The notes below the pieces were generated by a model that ran no database searches, was not told where the DNA came from, and was given only the letters and a program-made list of their open reading frames with translations. From NCBI RefSeq assembly GCF_001194135.2, contig NC_068993.1, positions 305,680 to 369,679 on the forward strand: DNA of 64,000 nucleotides, read 5' to 3'. This DNA comes from Octopus bimaculoides (lineage: Eukaryota). Both the position numbers and the translations under genes were made by a program. Shown here piece by piece: positions 1 through 48,960 of the stretch (position 1 is the first letter of the stretch; each line of letters begins with the position of its first letter).

Positions 1-1024
1 TGGAAAAACTTTTTCATCACAGATTCTGATAGAATCGTAAGCTTCACCATCTGAAATTTGTAGAAAATTTCAGATTATTTGTTTCTAGTGATCAAATGTT
101 TCTGTACACATAAGCTCACTCCATTCATCAAATTGACATTACATGTACAGTTGCACCATGTGCCACATGACAAAATAATCGCAGAGCAACGTAAAATGAA
201 GTGTTTTGTTCAAGAACACCACGGAACATCGAATTGATATCTTTACAACAAAAATCGTAAGGATACATGGCTTCAAGTCTACAACGTGAGCTGCAAAATT
301 AAAATTTTGAATTCAGTAATCTTCAAAATTTCATTCTTTGGGGTTGAGAACAAAAGGAACAGTACAGAGGAGAACTGGCAGAGATATGTGGAACATTAAA
401 GGTTTTTCTTTGCAACCAATAATGTGAAAGAAGACAATGAGAAACAAGCTAGACTATTGTCTGTGGTTGGAGCATAAAAATATTCAATTCTTCGAGATCT
501 ATCCAATAATAAACCGGGTGGAAAAACATTTGCCGAACATTTGTCAGCACGTTAATGAACATTTTTTTTTTTTTAAATTTAATTTTCTATACTTGAGAAA
601 GAACAAACCAAGAAACTATCAGCCAGCATGTTTCAATTCTTTTGAATAGAGTTCCTGAATCGCCCAAGGCATCATTTACTACCGATTCTCCGCTGTGGGG
701 TACCGTTGTCTCTGAACAGTACATCTGGGGTACCAGCCGGTTCTGAAGTTTGCAGGTCAAGTCAGGCGTCAGCCGCCCTCCAAGAGGAACGATTACATGT
801 GAGAAAAACACTAATTAATTATTGGAGGTGTTGCACCGACAAGAACATGGAAGTAGCGGAAACAACTCCAGAGTTTGTTGTCTGGGTACTTATGTAACTC
901 TCCAGCAGAGAAAAGAAATGAATGATACTGGGAGCCATTTTGAGGCAGGAGTAAGGAGCCGCAAGAATTGTGTTGAAGCATTAAAACCTGTCGAAGGACG
1001 TAACCCTACTATATACTGCTAGAC

Positions 1025-1323
1025 CGGTGGTTCTCAACCGGGGTCCATGTAAACAAGATAGTAAATTGGGGATCCACAGTCATATTTTTATGGGGAAAAT
1101 GCATTTCTTGCAAGAACAGATAAAAGTTTCTTTCTCTAAAGTTTTACAAAGCTTAATATGTTTCCGGCCACTGAGCATAATTTCTCAGAGAGAAAACCTA
1201 CACAAAAGAATGTGTGAAAACAAAACGACAATTTTGAAAGCAGTATCTATATAACTAGTTTTTAAATATTAAATGGCTATGGAGAGTCCGTCAGAATAAA
1301 ATAGTAACCAAAAGGATCCACTG
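1025..1323. mobile_element. Non-autonomous hAT (Charlie-like) element
   Basis: Left end cggtggttctcaacc resembles the Charlie-type TIR and the right end is ...atccactg. Flanks tgctagac / ttttagat resemble a decayed NTCTAGAN-type 8-bp TSD. Confidence 0.5.
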
Positions 1324-1799
1324 TTTTAGATTAATGATTTATTGGCATATACTAATAAATATATTTTGCACAACTATTGAGTAACCGCTACTTTCTTTGG
1401 GAAACCTCTTGTATTAATGGTAAAGATAAAAGTCCCCTAAAATAAAGAAAAAAACATTTTTCAGTTGCCCATCGATAGTCTTGTAACAGCAGATGATCCC
1501 TATTTTTTCAAAAAGAAATCCCATATCTCGCGCAAACTTCTCATCAAATATAGTTTTAGAGAATTTCACGTCGGCCTTGGGCGAATATACCTTCTCTTTC
1601 ATGTAACAATAACAGCTTCTTATCTAAGTATTACTTTGTTTTCTGGCTCTTCCCAAGAGTTAAATTATTTGCTTTTGTTAGTTGACACGAATCAACAAAA
1701 GTGATATGAAAATTATAAATATGGGAAAGGAAAATAGATTAAAATCCAAATTATCAGGGTCGTTGCTCCGAAATGTGATGAAGACTTTATAAATGAGCA

Positions 1800-3242
1800 G
1801 TAAATAAATTATAGAAGTTAACACCCTCGCTATGTATTCGTGCGCGCACATGGAAATTTCGCCAGGAACAATATGCATTTTTATTTAAAATAAATACTTA
1901 GTATTTAATTAAAAGAAATCTTATTTAATATTGAAAGCATGTAGAATTTTATCTTTTGTTGTTTCATCACTTCGAATTGTAAATGAATTTGTAAAATTTG
2001 TAGTGTAATCGCTGAAGAGTTTTTTACGGCGCATTTTGTACGTTTATTGTCAGCTCATATAAGTAGTCCGGATAGCAGCGTGGCCTGATCTCATTAATAT
2101 TAATATCTCATTAATATTAATGACTTACTTAATACGGTCTTTCCCTTGCGCGTCTTCAATGTTTTAACAAAACTGTTGATAAAGATATAATATTTACGTT
2201 GAATTTAAACAATATCAATTTATTCACTTAAACTGTAAAAATAGTTTTTTGTCTTTATACAATACATTTATTTAGAATTGAAGACAAATTATTTTAGAAA
2301 GCAAAAGAGAATTTTAAAAAATGTTTTGATCTTTTTACTGTTATTTCGGAAAATGAACTCAAATTATTTTACAGTATTTTAAACACACGTGGAAAACCTA
2401 CACCATTTATTCATGTCCTTGCTTTAGGCTTACCTTCGCATTCTCTCCCCACGTCTTATCTTTCTCTCTCAAGAGAGCGTGAGATAAGACATTCCTTCTC
2501 TTCTTTCTCTCACATTCTTATTCCCTCTCTCTGTCTCTCACACACACTAACATACATACATACATTGTCTCTATACTAAACATCCTCTGTCACACACTCA
2601 CATACTCAATACACAAATGCTCTCCCTCCCTCGCTTTCTCTTTCACACACACATACACACATTCTGTCTGTCTACACTAAGATCCTCTATTTCACACACC
2701 CACACACATAATACTAAATACACATACTCTCTCTCCCTCTTTCTTTCACACAAACACACTCTCTCTCTCTCTCTCTTCTCTTCATTTGCCTGTTACCACT
2801 CCCATCTTGCTTTACTCTTTCCTCTTCTCCTTCTTCTCTCTTTCTCCCACTCTTGCATTATCTCTTCCCGCTCCCCTCACAGACCGGTTATTCACTTAGG
2901 TCCTAGACACGCTGTTGAGGTGGATTCTTGAATGACTGACTTCACATATCAGTCAACCTAAAAAAACATCGTAGCAGACTCATCTTTTCCTTTTAATTAT
3001 TGTGAACAGTATTTGAAATAATTTATATCTTTCTAAATAACAAGATTGTTTTAGACGATAGCTAGACTGAACAGCGATTATTTTAATTAAAAAAAAAAGA
3101 GAACAGGCCCTTGAGTGGATTTCATCATCTGTGCTGGTGTTCTACCAACAACTCGTACTGTCTTCACCTTACATTGAATCATTCATACTTAACTACTAGT
3201 ATTTTTTGTGCCTCCTTTGGTTTCTGACGACTGCAAAACGTT
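1800..3242 (+). promoter_or_regulatory. Putative promoter / 5' region of the receptor gene
   Basis: Visibly more CpG than the gene-body introns, directly upstream of the signal-peptide exon. No TSS can be fixed from sequence. Confidence 0.45.
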
Positions 3243-37892
<34,650 letters not shown>

Positions 37893-40800
37893 TGAGTGTG
37901 CAATGTGTTTTTAGTCTTCCTAGTAATTGCTATGTTTCATATTGGATGTCTTCAACAGGGACATTTCCTATTAACATCTCTAGCATCCCTGTAGAAACCT
38001 GCTCAAGTCCAGTGACAACAACAATCTGCTATGCTGAACTATTAATGGATCATTCTCTTACACAATACCTCTCGGTTGGTTCCTCCTCCTCCTTTCTTGC
38101 ATACCAACAACATTGTTATATTGGCTCCACTGCATTGATACTAAACAACTACTTAATTATAATATACAACTATTTTATAATTAGTTCCTCTACAACTGTG
38201 TAGTCTTACTTTATTCAGAATTTTTAAAGAATATTTTAAAATATTTTTAAGCATTTATTGCAGTAACTTAACATATTTTTATTTTATGATTTTATAATTG
38301 TGAGTGTGTGTTTGTGTATGTGTCAGCAATTAATACTAATTAATTTTAGCAAAATTTCTTAATTATTTGGTGTTGTGTCAACTCGAATCAATATTTCTGT
38401 TATCACTTCTCTCATTTCATTTTCTCTTTCTTTTTTAACCCATCACACACAAATATCTTTTACACAAACAATTTACTTATTTTTTTCTAGAATTCATAAA
38501 TGGTTTCATTTTTCAAGTTTTGTCTTCTCAATTTTAGCTTATTATCTTCTGTCTTATTAGTGTTTGCTTTATCACTCGGATGTTTTTAGTGTCACTTAAT
38601 AATAGATATCTCAACAGTTAGTAAGTTTATAACTCATTGAAAATTAGCCATTATAAACACTGTCTCCAGTATCTATGCTTGTTGTTTTTTAATATTTATT
38701 TTTGTTACATAAAATATTTATGTAGTTTAAATTCTTTATAAACTCTAGTTTAACAATCAAAAAGATGTGGATAAATTAAGTAAATCAATGAAAGCAATTA
38801 AAACTAATTTCTATTTTAAATTCTTTTATTTCGTTGAAGTGTTTTAGTTGTTATTTTTGGTGAGGAACACTAAACCATGTCTCAATACAATTTATTCTAC
38901 AATATTTCCATTTTATCTTCAAAATCATTGCTTACAAATTCATCAAAGCTTTTCAATCATCTTACAAAATTATCTGTAAAAGACTTTTAAACTGTTGTTG
39001 TTGTTGTTGTTGTTGTTATTATTATTTGTTAAACAAGTGTAAGTTGATCCATCAGGTTTTCTGTGTGTGTGTGTGTGCCTGTGTGCACACGAGTAAAATA
39101 GAAGCATGTGTCTATGTTGTTGTTTCGGCCTCAGATCTGTCCTGTTTGAGCAGAACTATGAACAAAGGTGTTCCAGCTGTGACCATCACACCTTTACTTG
39201 AAGAGTGTATCTAGGAATACATCATCCCTACGTTTCCTTTTCATTTTAAGATGATGGGGTGTGATATGAGGGAGATGTGGCTGATATTTTTAGCAGATTG
39301 AATGACTCCTCCCACCACCACCACCACCACCACCTCATTGACTCTTACGTGTATGCATGTTTGTGTGTATACAGTAGATTTTCATGTTAGCCAGGTGATG
39401 CATAAATTTTTGTTATTTTTTTCCCATTTCTTTTCCACCTCAAAACACAAACATGTCCACCAACAAGAAATCAATTTCTTAAAACTTCTTTTCTACACAA
39501 ATGCTGAGGATCTTCTTGCTCAGATTTTTTTTTTTTTTTTAAATTTAGAGTAATTTAACTCTAACTAATCGGTTAATTATAGACTCTTACTGTTGCTGTC
39601 ACGTTTTGTTGACACATTTTGAAGGGTTCACTTTTCTTGGACACCAAATAGCTTTCCTTTGAGTTTTCTAAGAATCTACTCAGTTTGTATTGACTCAAAA
39701 TACAGAATCTATTCTGGTGGAGACGTTACTGCATGTCTGTGTGTGTGTGTGTAGGAATCCGATTTTGATTTCAACTGGTTTTGGAAGCTGATGGATTCCT
39801 GTTACTGAGAAATTCCATATAAATGGAATGGTAGCAGTTTAACTGTGTCTGATTTCATTCAGTTTTTTTGAGATGCTGCAAACAACTTGGGTTGGGAACC
39901 AAAATGTCATTTAGTTTCACTCCAATGTTTCATTTGTATTTTAAGTAATTTAATGGCAGTGCCCCAGCATGGCTGCAACCAATAATAGAATAATTAATGA
40001 CTCACAAAAGAAAGCAGTATAGCAATGTTGACCATTTTCATTGAATTTTTAATTAATAACTATTAATTTCTCGTAGGAAATTTTGCTGTGACTGAAAAAT
40101 GGCTGCAAATTGAATTTTTTTTTCATTCTGTTGCTGCTGTAGTTTATCTTGCTGCATTAATGCAAGTTATTTATTAAAAGAACTGAAAACATCTTCAAAA
40201 GAAAGAAACATGGTAATACTTTGATAATAGATTTTTCATTTTCTGAATCTCTGTTGCAAAAAAACTTAATGGCAGACTTGGAGTGAAAATCAGTTTTCAG
40301 GTTTTAAAAACTTTGGTGAAGTCTCAAGAATTAGTGTGATAAGAATCAAATTGAGTAATGAGTTTGTAGCAAATTCTTGAATATGAGAAGGGGACTGTTT
40401 ATCTCAATATTGACATTGCATGGTTCAAGAGTAATAGAAACCTTTGGAATGGTTGAAATACATCAATTCAGTCATCCATTGGTGAGAAGTTTTTTATTTT
40501 AAAACATGTGAAAGTACCAAGAGCTGAAGCTCTGTGTTTTGATTGTTTTAGAGGAAGATTTCCTCCATTTCTCTTGAAACAGGAAGATTTAAACATTTTT
40601 GTTTTAATGTGGCACCTATTTACAGCTTTGTAAACTGGGCTTGCTGAGGTGTTTTTCACACAATACAGCATCATTAACAGACCAATAGTCCAGCCTCTTG
40701 TCAATTTCAACTCTTCTAAATAGATGTTGTAACCAGAGACCTTTAGTGGTGGTACCTTTCCTTTAAATTTCAGTCAGATATTATAGCATTTATGTAGCAT

Positions 40801-41320
40801 ATTCTGTGAGAAGGACCTTTGACATGAAAATTTTCTCTCTCTCTCTCTCTTATGTGACTACTGACTTCTGTGGAATAATCTACCTCCTAAAACTATTGAT
40901 GGAATCATTGCTTTCCTTCCAATGTTAGACTTATTCTCTTTGCTCAGGATAACCCACTAAACTCTTCTCGGCTTTCAACAATGGTAAAAATAAAATCAGT
41001 TGGAATCAGTGGACATGGCAGGGAAGGCAGTGCTTATCAGAAGAATGAAATGGTTCCGGCCTCTTCTTCTTTATTTTCTCTTCATGGGTGTAGGTCCACA
41101 AAATTTACTTGTAAGATAAAACAATTATTTCTACTTCGTCTTCTTTCTCTTTCTTTTGCTTCAGTTTTTTGTTTCTTTTTTTTTCATCTTGCAACCAAAT
41201 CACATCACTAACCAATAGGGTGTGTTTGTGTACACACCAAGTGTGAATGTGTGCGTGTACACCCTACAGTTGTGATATGTTTTAAATGTAAATAAAGACA
41301 ATGATTTATGTATAATACTT
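37893..41320 (+). other. Putative long 3' UTR of the receptor gene
   Basis: Non-coding AT-rich sequence after the stop. AATAAA at 41291-41296 is followed by T/GT-rich sequence. The end point is a guess. Confidence 0.4.
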
Positions 41321-42502
41321 GGCTTACTACAATGTATCTATATTTCATATCTTCACTAGGATTATATATGTGTGTGTACATGTATATGCGTGTGCATGTA
41401 CATATATATATAAATTAATTTTAAAAGATACTTTTTTTAATTCTTATTTATGATTTTTTTCTGTCAAATTTAAATCTGAGCTTTGGCTTTTGTAATATAA
41501 TTCAAACCATTAATAGCACATACAATAGATGTATAAATTCCTGTAATATAAACTTTAAACATATATTTAGTGAAATCTATATATATGTGTATTTTATTTA
41601 AACTATTTGTCGATATATGTATATAAAGTATCTCAACAATCAAACTGTTTCTGCCAACAAGCATTTCTAAATGGATTTTACAATTTTACACAGAAAATAG
41701 AAAAAAAAAAGGAATCCTATCTTAATTTTGTTTTAGTCTCAGTTCTGCATAATAATTCCATTTGTATTTTTTTTTTAAATCCTTTTGTTGCTATATTTCT
41801 GTTGAAATATTCTGCTTTTGTTTCAATTCATTTTGGAAATAATGAAGAATTTAATAAAACAATTGTCATTATTAAGCTGGTATTTGAAACATGAAGTTTT
41901 GTATCATAGTACCAGGGGCATTCTTGCACTGGTTTCTTTCAGAAGGGTTCATTCAGCCTTTTTCTCTTTTGCTTTCAAAATACTGGAATTCTAAATATAA
42001 AAGTTTTTGTTTCATAATTGTACAGAAGTGAAACAAATTTTCTAGTCTTTTAACCAATTCTAATTTGCATAAAAACTTCAGAATAATTAATTTCAGAACG
42101 TTATGGTTTTAATTTATGTTGTAAGGAAACTTATTTTATAATTCTTTTCCTGATGGCTTGATGCTATCAATTTCCTGGTAGTAATGACAGCCAGATTGCA
42201 TTTCATTTTAAGGAAGAAAGCAAGGGACCAATTTTTTTTTTTTTAAATAAAGTTTTATTTTACTGTTGAAATTTTGAAAGGAATTTGGGAAAAATTTCTA
42301 TAAAAACAAACAGAAATCAGTTGGATTTCCGTTAGAAATATTTAATGATGGGGAAGTGGCTTTTCTTTTCATATTTTGTAATATGAAACAAATCAGAGTC
42401 TGGTTTTCTTCCCCCTCCCTCCCTAATAGTTAAGTTCATTATCTTTTTTTTTTTTAGTTTAAATCTAAAATATTTCTGAATTTTTTCTTTTAAAAGTATC
42501 AA

Positions 42503-42956
42503 NNNNNNNNNNNNNNNNNNNNNNNNNNNNNNNNNNNNNNNNNNNNNNNNNNNNNNNNNNNNNNNNNNNNNNNNNNNNNNNNNNNNNNNNNNNNNNNNNN
42601 NNNNNNNNNNNNNNNNNNNNNNNNNNNNNNNNNNNNNNNNNNNNNNNNNNNNNNNNNNNNNNNNNNNNNNNNNNNNNNNNNNNNNNNNNNNNNNNNNNNN
42701 NNNNNNNNNNNNNNNNNNNNNNNNNNNNNNNNNNNNNNNNNNNNNNNNNNNNNNNNNNNNNNNNNNNNNNNNNNNNNNNNNNNNNNNNNNNNNNNNNNNN
42801 NNNNNNNNNNNNNNNNNNNNNNNNNNNNNNNNNNNNNNNNNNNNNNNNNNNNNNNNNNNNNNNNNNNNNNNNNNNNNNNNNNNNNNNNNNNNNNNNNNNN
42901 NNNNNNNNNNNNNNNNNNNNNNNNNNNNNNNNNNNNNNNNNNNNNNNNNNNNNNNN
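42503..42956. other. Assembly gap (N run). Other gaps at 47651-48016, 49267-49277, 60028-60190 and 60704-60803.
   Basis: Directly visible. ORFs containing X runs are artefacts of these gaps. Confidence 0.99.
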
Positions 42957-44368
42957 ACCAATCAGCCTGTTGTGAGACACAGACAATTGTTGCCAAGGAT
43001 AAATGATGTCTATTTCTACAAATTGGTGAGGAGGAAGAACAACTCAATTGTGAAAACAAAAAGGAAATGGCTTGTTTCAATAGGGACACGGAAGAGAAAT
43101 CACAAGAAAATGAAGCTGTTAATATTGCTAGTGTTAAAACTGATTTATAACATGGGATTGTGTGGAAAATAGATATGGAGATACTGTTTAAACACAAGGC
43201 ATTCCAACCTTTGTGAAATCTGTTCAAAATATGCTTTCGTAAGAATTCCAAACATTTCAATATCTTCTACAATTTCATTTAAAAAAAAAAAAAAATCTGT
43301 TGTGAACAACTTCAGCTGCCATAAGTAGCAGAAAGCAATTTATTTTTTAAAAAAATCTTGCAAAGAAAAGTCAAAAAATATAACTACAGATAAATAAAAG
43401 ATGTGATGGAAATGAGACACAAAGAAAATGTTTTATTTCAAATACTTGCGATGGTATTGTTTGCTAAGGAAACCTTCTACAGCTGAACTAATTGTTTTTA
43501 TGGAAGACATCAATTTTGGCTGATTAGTAACTGAAATGTTAGTAATTAAGAATTTGAGAAACTTAAACAGCCAAATGTCTAAAATAAAATTTTATTTTGT
43601 AAAATAAAAAAAATGATTTATTCCAATGGACATCAAATAAACAACAATGGCCACACAAAAATGAAAGAAAAATTCATTGGTTTGAAGAATAATTTCCCCC
43701 AAACTATTTTAAATGATCCTGTTAAGTTAAAAACCTCTTATTTTCTTGAAATCAGGTTCTAGAACAAAGAAATGCATTGAGTGTACTGGAATTGTCCTCA
43801 AATGAAAAATGCTAGAAGTAAAACTCTTGTTAATTCTGAGGAAGAGATCTCACAAGAATCTAGAGATAATTATTATCACAGAGAAACCAGTTTTGTTTTT
43901 TAATCTAATTCTAAAACAGAATCCTAATTATTGGTCAAGTCTTTCCTCCTACAAAGATAAAATCTACAATGTTGTAAATAAGCTAGCTTTAATACTAAGA
44001 AGACAAGTTAGATGGAGCTGTTTAATTAGTCACTAAAATCATATCAAAAATAACTGCATCACACTGGTTTTTTTTTTCTTTTTTTTAAAGAGTAATTTTT
44101 CACAATGACAATAATTAATGGACAAAATTTAAATAGAAAGTTGTATTCAAATCAATAAATGTCATAGAGGTCATTTGCGAGTGAGACTATAATGGATGTT
44201 GTATTGATGTTTTAGCATCTAAGTAACCTATTGCTTAAAGAGCCACAGGAATACATAATTGGTTTTGTTTCTGTGCAAAATATTATATTTGAAAAATAGC
44301 TTTCAAGAAGTAATCAAAGTAGGAACAAGAACAATATCTTGAAATTACAAAAAATATTTGAAGAAATA

Positions 44369-44450
44369 TTATTTTTCACAAGATTCTAAATATTTCTCAT
44401 AATAATTCATCATTTCTTCATCCATTGAATTTTCTGTTTCATATTGAAGA
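44369..44450 (-). CDS. PAIP1: PAIP1-like last coding exon, acidic C-terminus
   Basis: LQYETENSMDEEMMNYYEKYLESCEK*, ttttcag| acceptor, TAA at 44371-44369. Confidence 0.9.
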
Positions 44451-46027
44451 CTGAAAACAAAAGGGGGAAAAAAAATGTTAAAATGAATTTTGAAAGTGAA
44501 TAATAAAAGATTAAAAATCATAAAAGAAAAAAAACTAAAGAATCCATTGAACTGCAGCTGCAGAGGTTTTAACATTGAAAGTTCAATTAATAAATGGTAA
44601 CAAGGGAGCCATGTACATGGTTACTTGACCAGCTAGAAATAGCAGCAAACTGGCCCCTCCAATCATTTAAAAACACATTGGATAATGTAGTCCAAGATAC
44701 ACAATTCCTGGAAAAAAAGGGGTGGGGGTGGTCACTGAGCAGAATGTCTTAAGAATTGGTGAACAACAACAAACAGTTACAGAAAAATAAAAACAAATCA
44801 AAAAGGAAGCTCAGGGACCCTTTAACCTGCAGGAAAAATTTCACCCCCATTCAAATTTGAAAAAAATCTGCCTTAAAACCCCATTTGTGACAGAAAAATC
44901 TAACGTTTGATACCAAAACACTAGTTTTGTATGAAGTTACAAGAATTTAGAGAATTAAAGGTTTCTTATATTTCAGAACGGACACGAAACAGCACAGGTT
45001 CTTATGCGACCCCTAGAGTTTTGTGTAACCCAAAGATTCTGATGCAGCTTCGTATCAGGCATTCAACCACATTGTATAGGGGTCTCTCTCTCTCTCGATG
45101 ATACATTCAGAAATAAGTTAGCAATATCATCATAATCTCAAAACCCCAAATAAAATGCATCATCAGAAAGAGACAAACAAAAAGGTGTTGGATTCAAGTG
45201 CTGAGGAATGAGGTTTGCAAGATTATTTGTTGGAGCTGAACTGGCAAATATCAGAAATTAGATGTCAATATGATGTGCAGCCTTACTTGATATAAGAGGT
45301 TGAGCAGAATCTCTGCAGAAAAGCCAAGACACCAAATGCAACAAGAATTGTTGCTGCAATGTCTAATTAAAAGAATTGGGAGTAATGAGGAAGGAAGATA
45401 TGATTTCTGTTGATAACAGATGTGCTCCAGCATGGTAATAAGGGGAGTCCAGGAGATTCTTGAGGATTTAGAGTGAATTGTTGATGCTGCTCTGAAGGCT
45501 GTAAAATCTTAGTTGAAATGAAGTTGAGAGAGTGTTTTGGTATCAGCTGCTGGATGTAGGAAGGAGAGGTAATTGCAGTGACCTGAACATGGAACGGTTG
45601 GGAGGCAGGTGAGAGGAATTGCAAAGGAGAAGATATCAGCATGTTCCGTTTCACAGATGAGAAAAGATCACAGCAGGAGATGCTGGCCAACAGACCTCTC
45701 CAAATAAAGTCAACATTAAAAAAAAAAAAGAGACAATCAATAGATATTGTGTTATTTTGGGATGGTAAATTCTTTTCTTGCCAAACCAGACATCATCATC
45801 ATTTAACATTTGCTTTAAGGGAACATAATTGAACGAAGGGGTTTAACATTGCCACTGTCAACATGAAAGAGTAATGATGAGATAGAACAGCAAACACACA
45901 GGCTTTATAGATCCCTTCCTCACTTGTTTATTATTGTTGTTCTTATTTTATGTCTGGAAATCTTTCATCACACATCTGTGACCTTCAATAACCCTCCATC
46001 CTACATGTCTCCTCAAGTGCTGAATGA

Positions 46028-46071
<44 letters not shown>

Positions 46072-48920
46072 TGCTTATATTTATTTGGCAAGATAAAAAC
46101 AAAAAGACCATCCTGGAATAGAACAACATCTATTTCAACAGAATCTCACATCAAAAATCTTGCAAAACAAATACATAAAAGTAACAATAGAATATTAGAA
46201 AACAAAAACCAAACAAACTTACATTTGTAAGTCTTGCATGTCCTCTAAATCAACTTCAGCTAAAAGTTGGCTCATATCAGCTTCAGCATCAACACCTGCT
46301 TCTTGTCGGCTGATCTGCTGACCTTTTTTGTTGAAAAAAATTGGTTCATTCTGTAAAAGAAAAGAATTAAAATCTAGTAAATGAATTCCTCTCCATTGCC
46401 CCCACCACCACCACCAGCCATTAACACATTAACACATTCTGTGCCTCTCTTTTCTAAGCTGCATAAACACAACAATTCCGGTCAGGCTTGCACGCCTCTC
46501 TTACCTATTCCAATAAATGCAAATTGCTCTTTCTTGCTACCTTGCCCTTAACTCTCTTAATACGTTGTTTCCTTACGTTTTGGATGCTCTGAGTGACCCT
46601 ATTTGTCAGTGATGTTCACTGTCACCATCCCCTTCAAACAAGTCTTTCACCTTCACTCTGCCATTTAATAGAACTCAACTGTTTCTCCAGTAAAACAACA
46701 AACTACTTGGCTCAGCGCTGCTTTGGCCAAACTCTCTGCTATCCACAGAGATGCAGACCCTTGTCACCTCACCAATCCTATCATTTATGTTAAGTATTCA
46801 TGGACAACTATAGTTAACGCCACTTGTTGGTAACACTCTGTCAGAGAGTACCAGTGTACAACTAGCCGGAACAACACGCCAAGGAGGTCTCAGTATACTT
46901 TTTGGGGGGCATAGCTTGTCCTACACCGAGCACTTGAAATGACACAGCCTGCACTGATTGATGTAACACAACCAAATGCACAATACCCTATGGGACAGAT
47001 GCACCATGTGTCAAAATGATCATCGTGCTGAATAAAGATTCATACTAAATCCATCTTCCGTTTCGTTTATCAAATATTAATACAAACTCCCCTCTTGCCG
47101 ATTTTCCAACATACCTAATCAAGGGACATAATTCCTAGCCAAATCGCCCGGACCATTTTACATTTCACCACCTTTTTACAGCCGACGCCGACCGCTTGTT
47201 CTAATCCACCTCCGGCAGTGGAGAGCAGTCACCACCTTCCCTTCCATGTTGGCGACTTCTGATGAGAATATTAATAGAATCGGGTTGTTACTTAACACGC
47301 TTTTGTATTTTGAAACCGATTGGCCACACCCTAACAGTTGAGGGAACCCGTGGAAGAGGTAGGCCCAGGAAGACCTGGGCTGAGGTGGTGAGGCAAGACC
47401 TTCGTACATTGGGCCTCACCGAGGCGATGACTACGGACCGAGACCTTTGGAAATGGGCTGTGCGTGAGAAGACCCGGCAAGCCAAGTAAGATCGTTGCCA
47501 GTGCCCCTGGACTGGTTCTTGTGCGGGTGGCACATGAGATGCACCATTTTGAGCGTGGCCGTTGCCAGTACCGCCTGACTGGCTCCTGTAGGATTTTCGA
47601 GCGAGATCGTTGCCAGTGCCCCTGGACTGGCTTGTGCGGGTGGCACATAANNNNNNNNNNNNNNNNNNNNNNNNNNNNNNNNNNNNNNNNNNNNNNNNNN
47701 NNNNNNNNNNNNNNNNNNNNNNNNNNNNNNNNNNNNNNNNNNNNNNNNNNNNNNNNNNNNNNNNNNNNNNNNNNNNNNNNNNNNNNNNNNNNNNNNNNNN
47801 NNNNNNNNNNNNNNNNNNNNNNNNNNNNNNNNNNNNNNNNNNNNNNNNNNNNNNNNNNNNNNNNNNNNNNNNNNNNNNNNNNNNNNNNNNNNNNNNNNNN
47901 NNNNNNNNNNNNNNNNNNNNNNNNNNNNNNNNNNNNNNNNNNNNNNNNNNNNNNNNNNNNNNNNNNNNNNNNNNNNNNNNNNNNNNNNNNNNNNNNNNNN
48001 NNNNNNNNNNNNNNNGGGGGGGGGGGAAGACGGGCACACACACACACACACACACATATATAAACGCTACACTCATTATTATACTAGAAGATAAGTTTTA
48101 AAGATTTCAGAAATATTTCGAATTAGTTTAATAACAAAATTTCAAACCTAATTTTTAAAAAAAACTTTCTCAACATTCATCATTTTCTCCATTTTGTGTT
48201 TGAAAGAAAATTAACTTAGAAGAGTGAGAGTTAAGTATTGTATCGGGACTGGAACCATCGACAGCCTCTTCTTAGTGAAGCAACTCTAGAATGTGTTTGT
48301 TTTTTTTTCAGCCCTGAGCAATCCTGGCAGTCACTGACTTGGTGAATTTGAGTCTCCGTTGTGAAATGTCAGGAAACACATAAAAGGAACAACAGTAAGG
48401 AACTCCTGAGCTGAAGGGCAACACATTTGAGCGGAATGCAGGAGTATTTATTCCAGGAACTCTCTTGCTCTTCAGAACTCTAGGATGTAAGAAGCAAATT
48501 CTGCCACAGAAAGATGTCAGCTCGACATAACAAGGAACGTAACTGATAACTGCAAGCCACTATCAGCTGCATGAGTGGGGTCAGTTAGAATTGAATAAAG
48601 TAATTTAGAATTGAATAGAGTAATTCATTGAGAAGAAATGGTTAAACAGTGGGAATAGATAGAAACAGGTCTCAACCAGTTAATACATTACCGTAATAAA
48701 GACTGCATTAGAAGCAGCTTCAGAATTCGGATTCACAGGAGGTACTGTATTATCAGCATCTGTTGGTGAGGAGCTGGAAACCTTACTTTGAGCACTTTCA
48801 TTACGACCAAAATGTACTTCTTTTAATTTCAACACGGAATCAATAAGTATTTCAGACGTCCTTTAAAGATAAAACGAAAAGATTAGTTACAATTTGTCAT
48901 GATATTGTCGTCTCCCTCTA

Positions 48921-48960
<40 letters not shown>

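Noticed and set aside
437-1022. Cluster of short overlapping ORFs in a moderately GC-rich patch
   Set aside because: No recognisable domain and no splice-consistent chain; likely repeat-derived or chance
41287-41403. Pumilio-type UGUANAUA words in the receptor 3' UTR
   Set aside because: Expected by chance in TA/TG-rich sequence; not supportable without conservation data
42332-43260. Long ORFs spanning N runs (also 47288-48101 and 59922-60867)
   Set aside because: Artefacts of assembly gaps
45367-45690. 107-aa minus-strand ORF inside the last PAIP1-like intron
   Set aside because: The flanking exons join in phase without it and it has no clear splice sites. Faint endonuclease-like remnants nearby suggest a decayed LINE.
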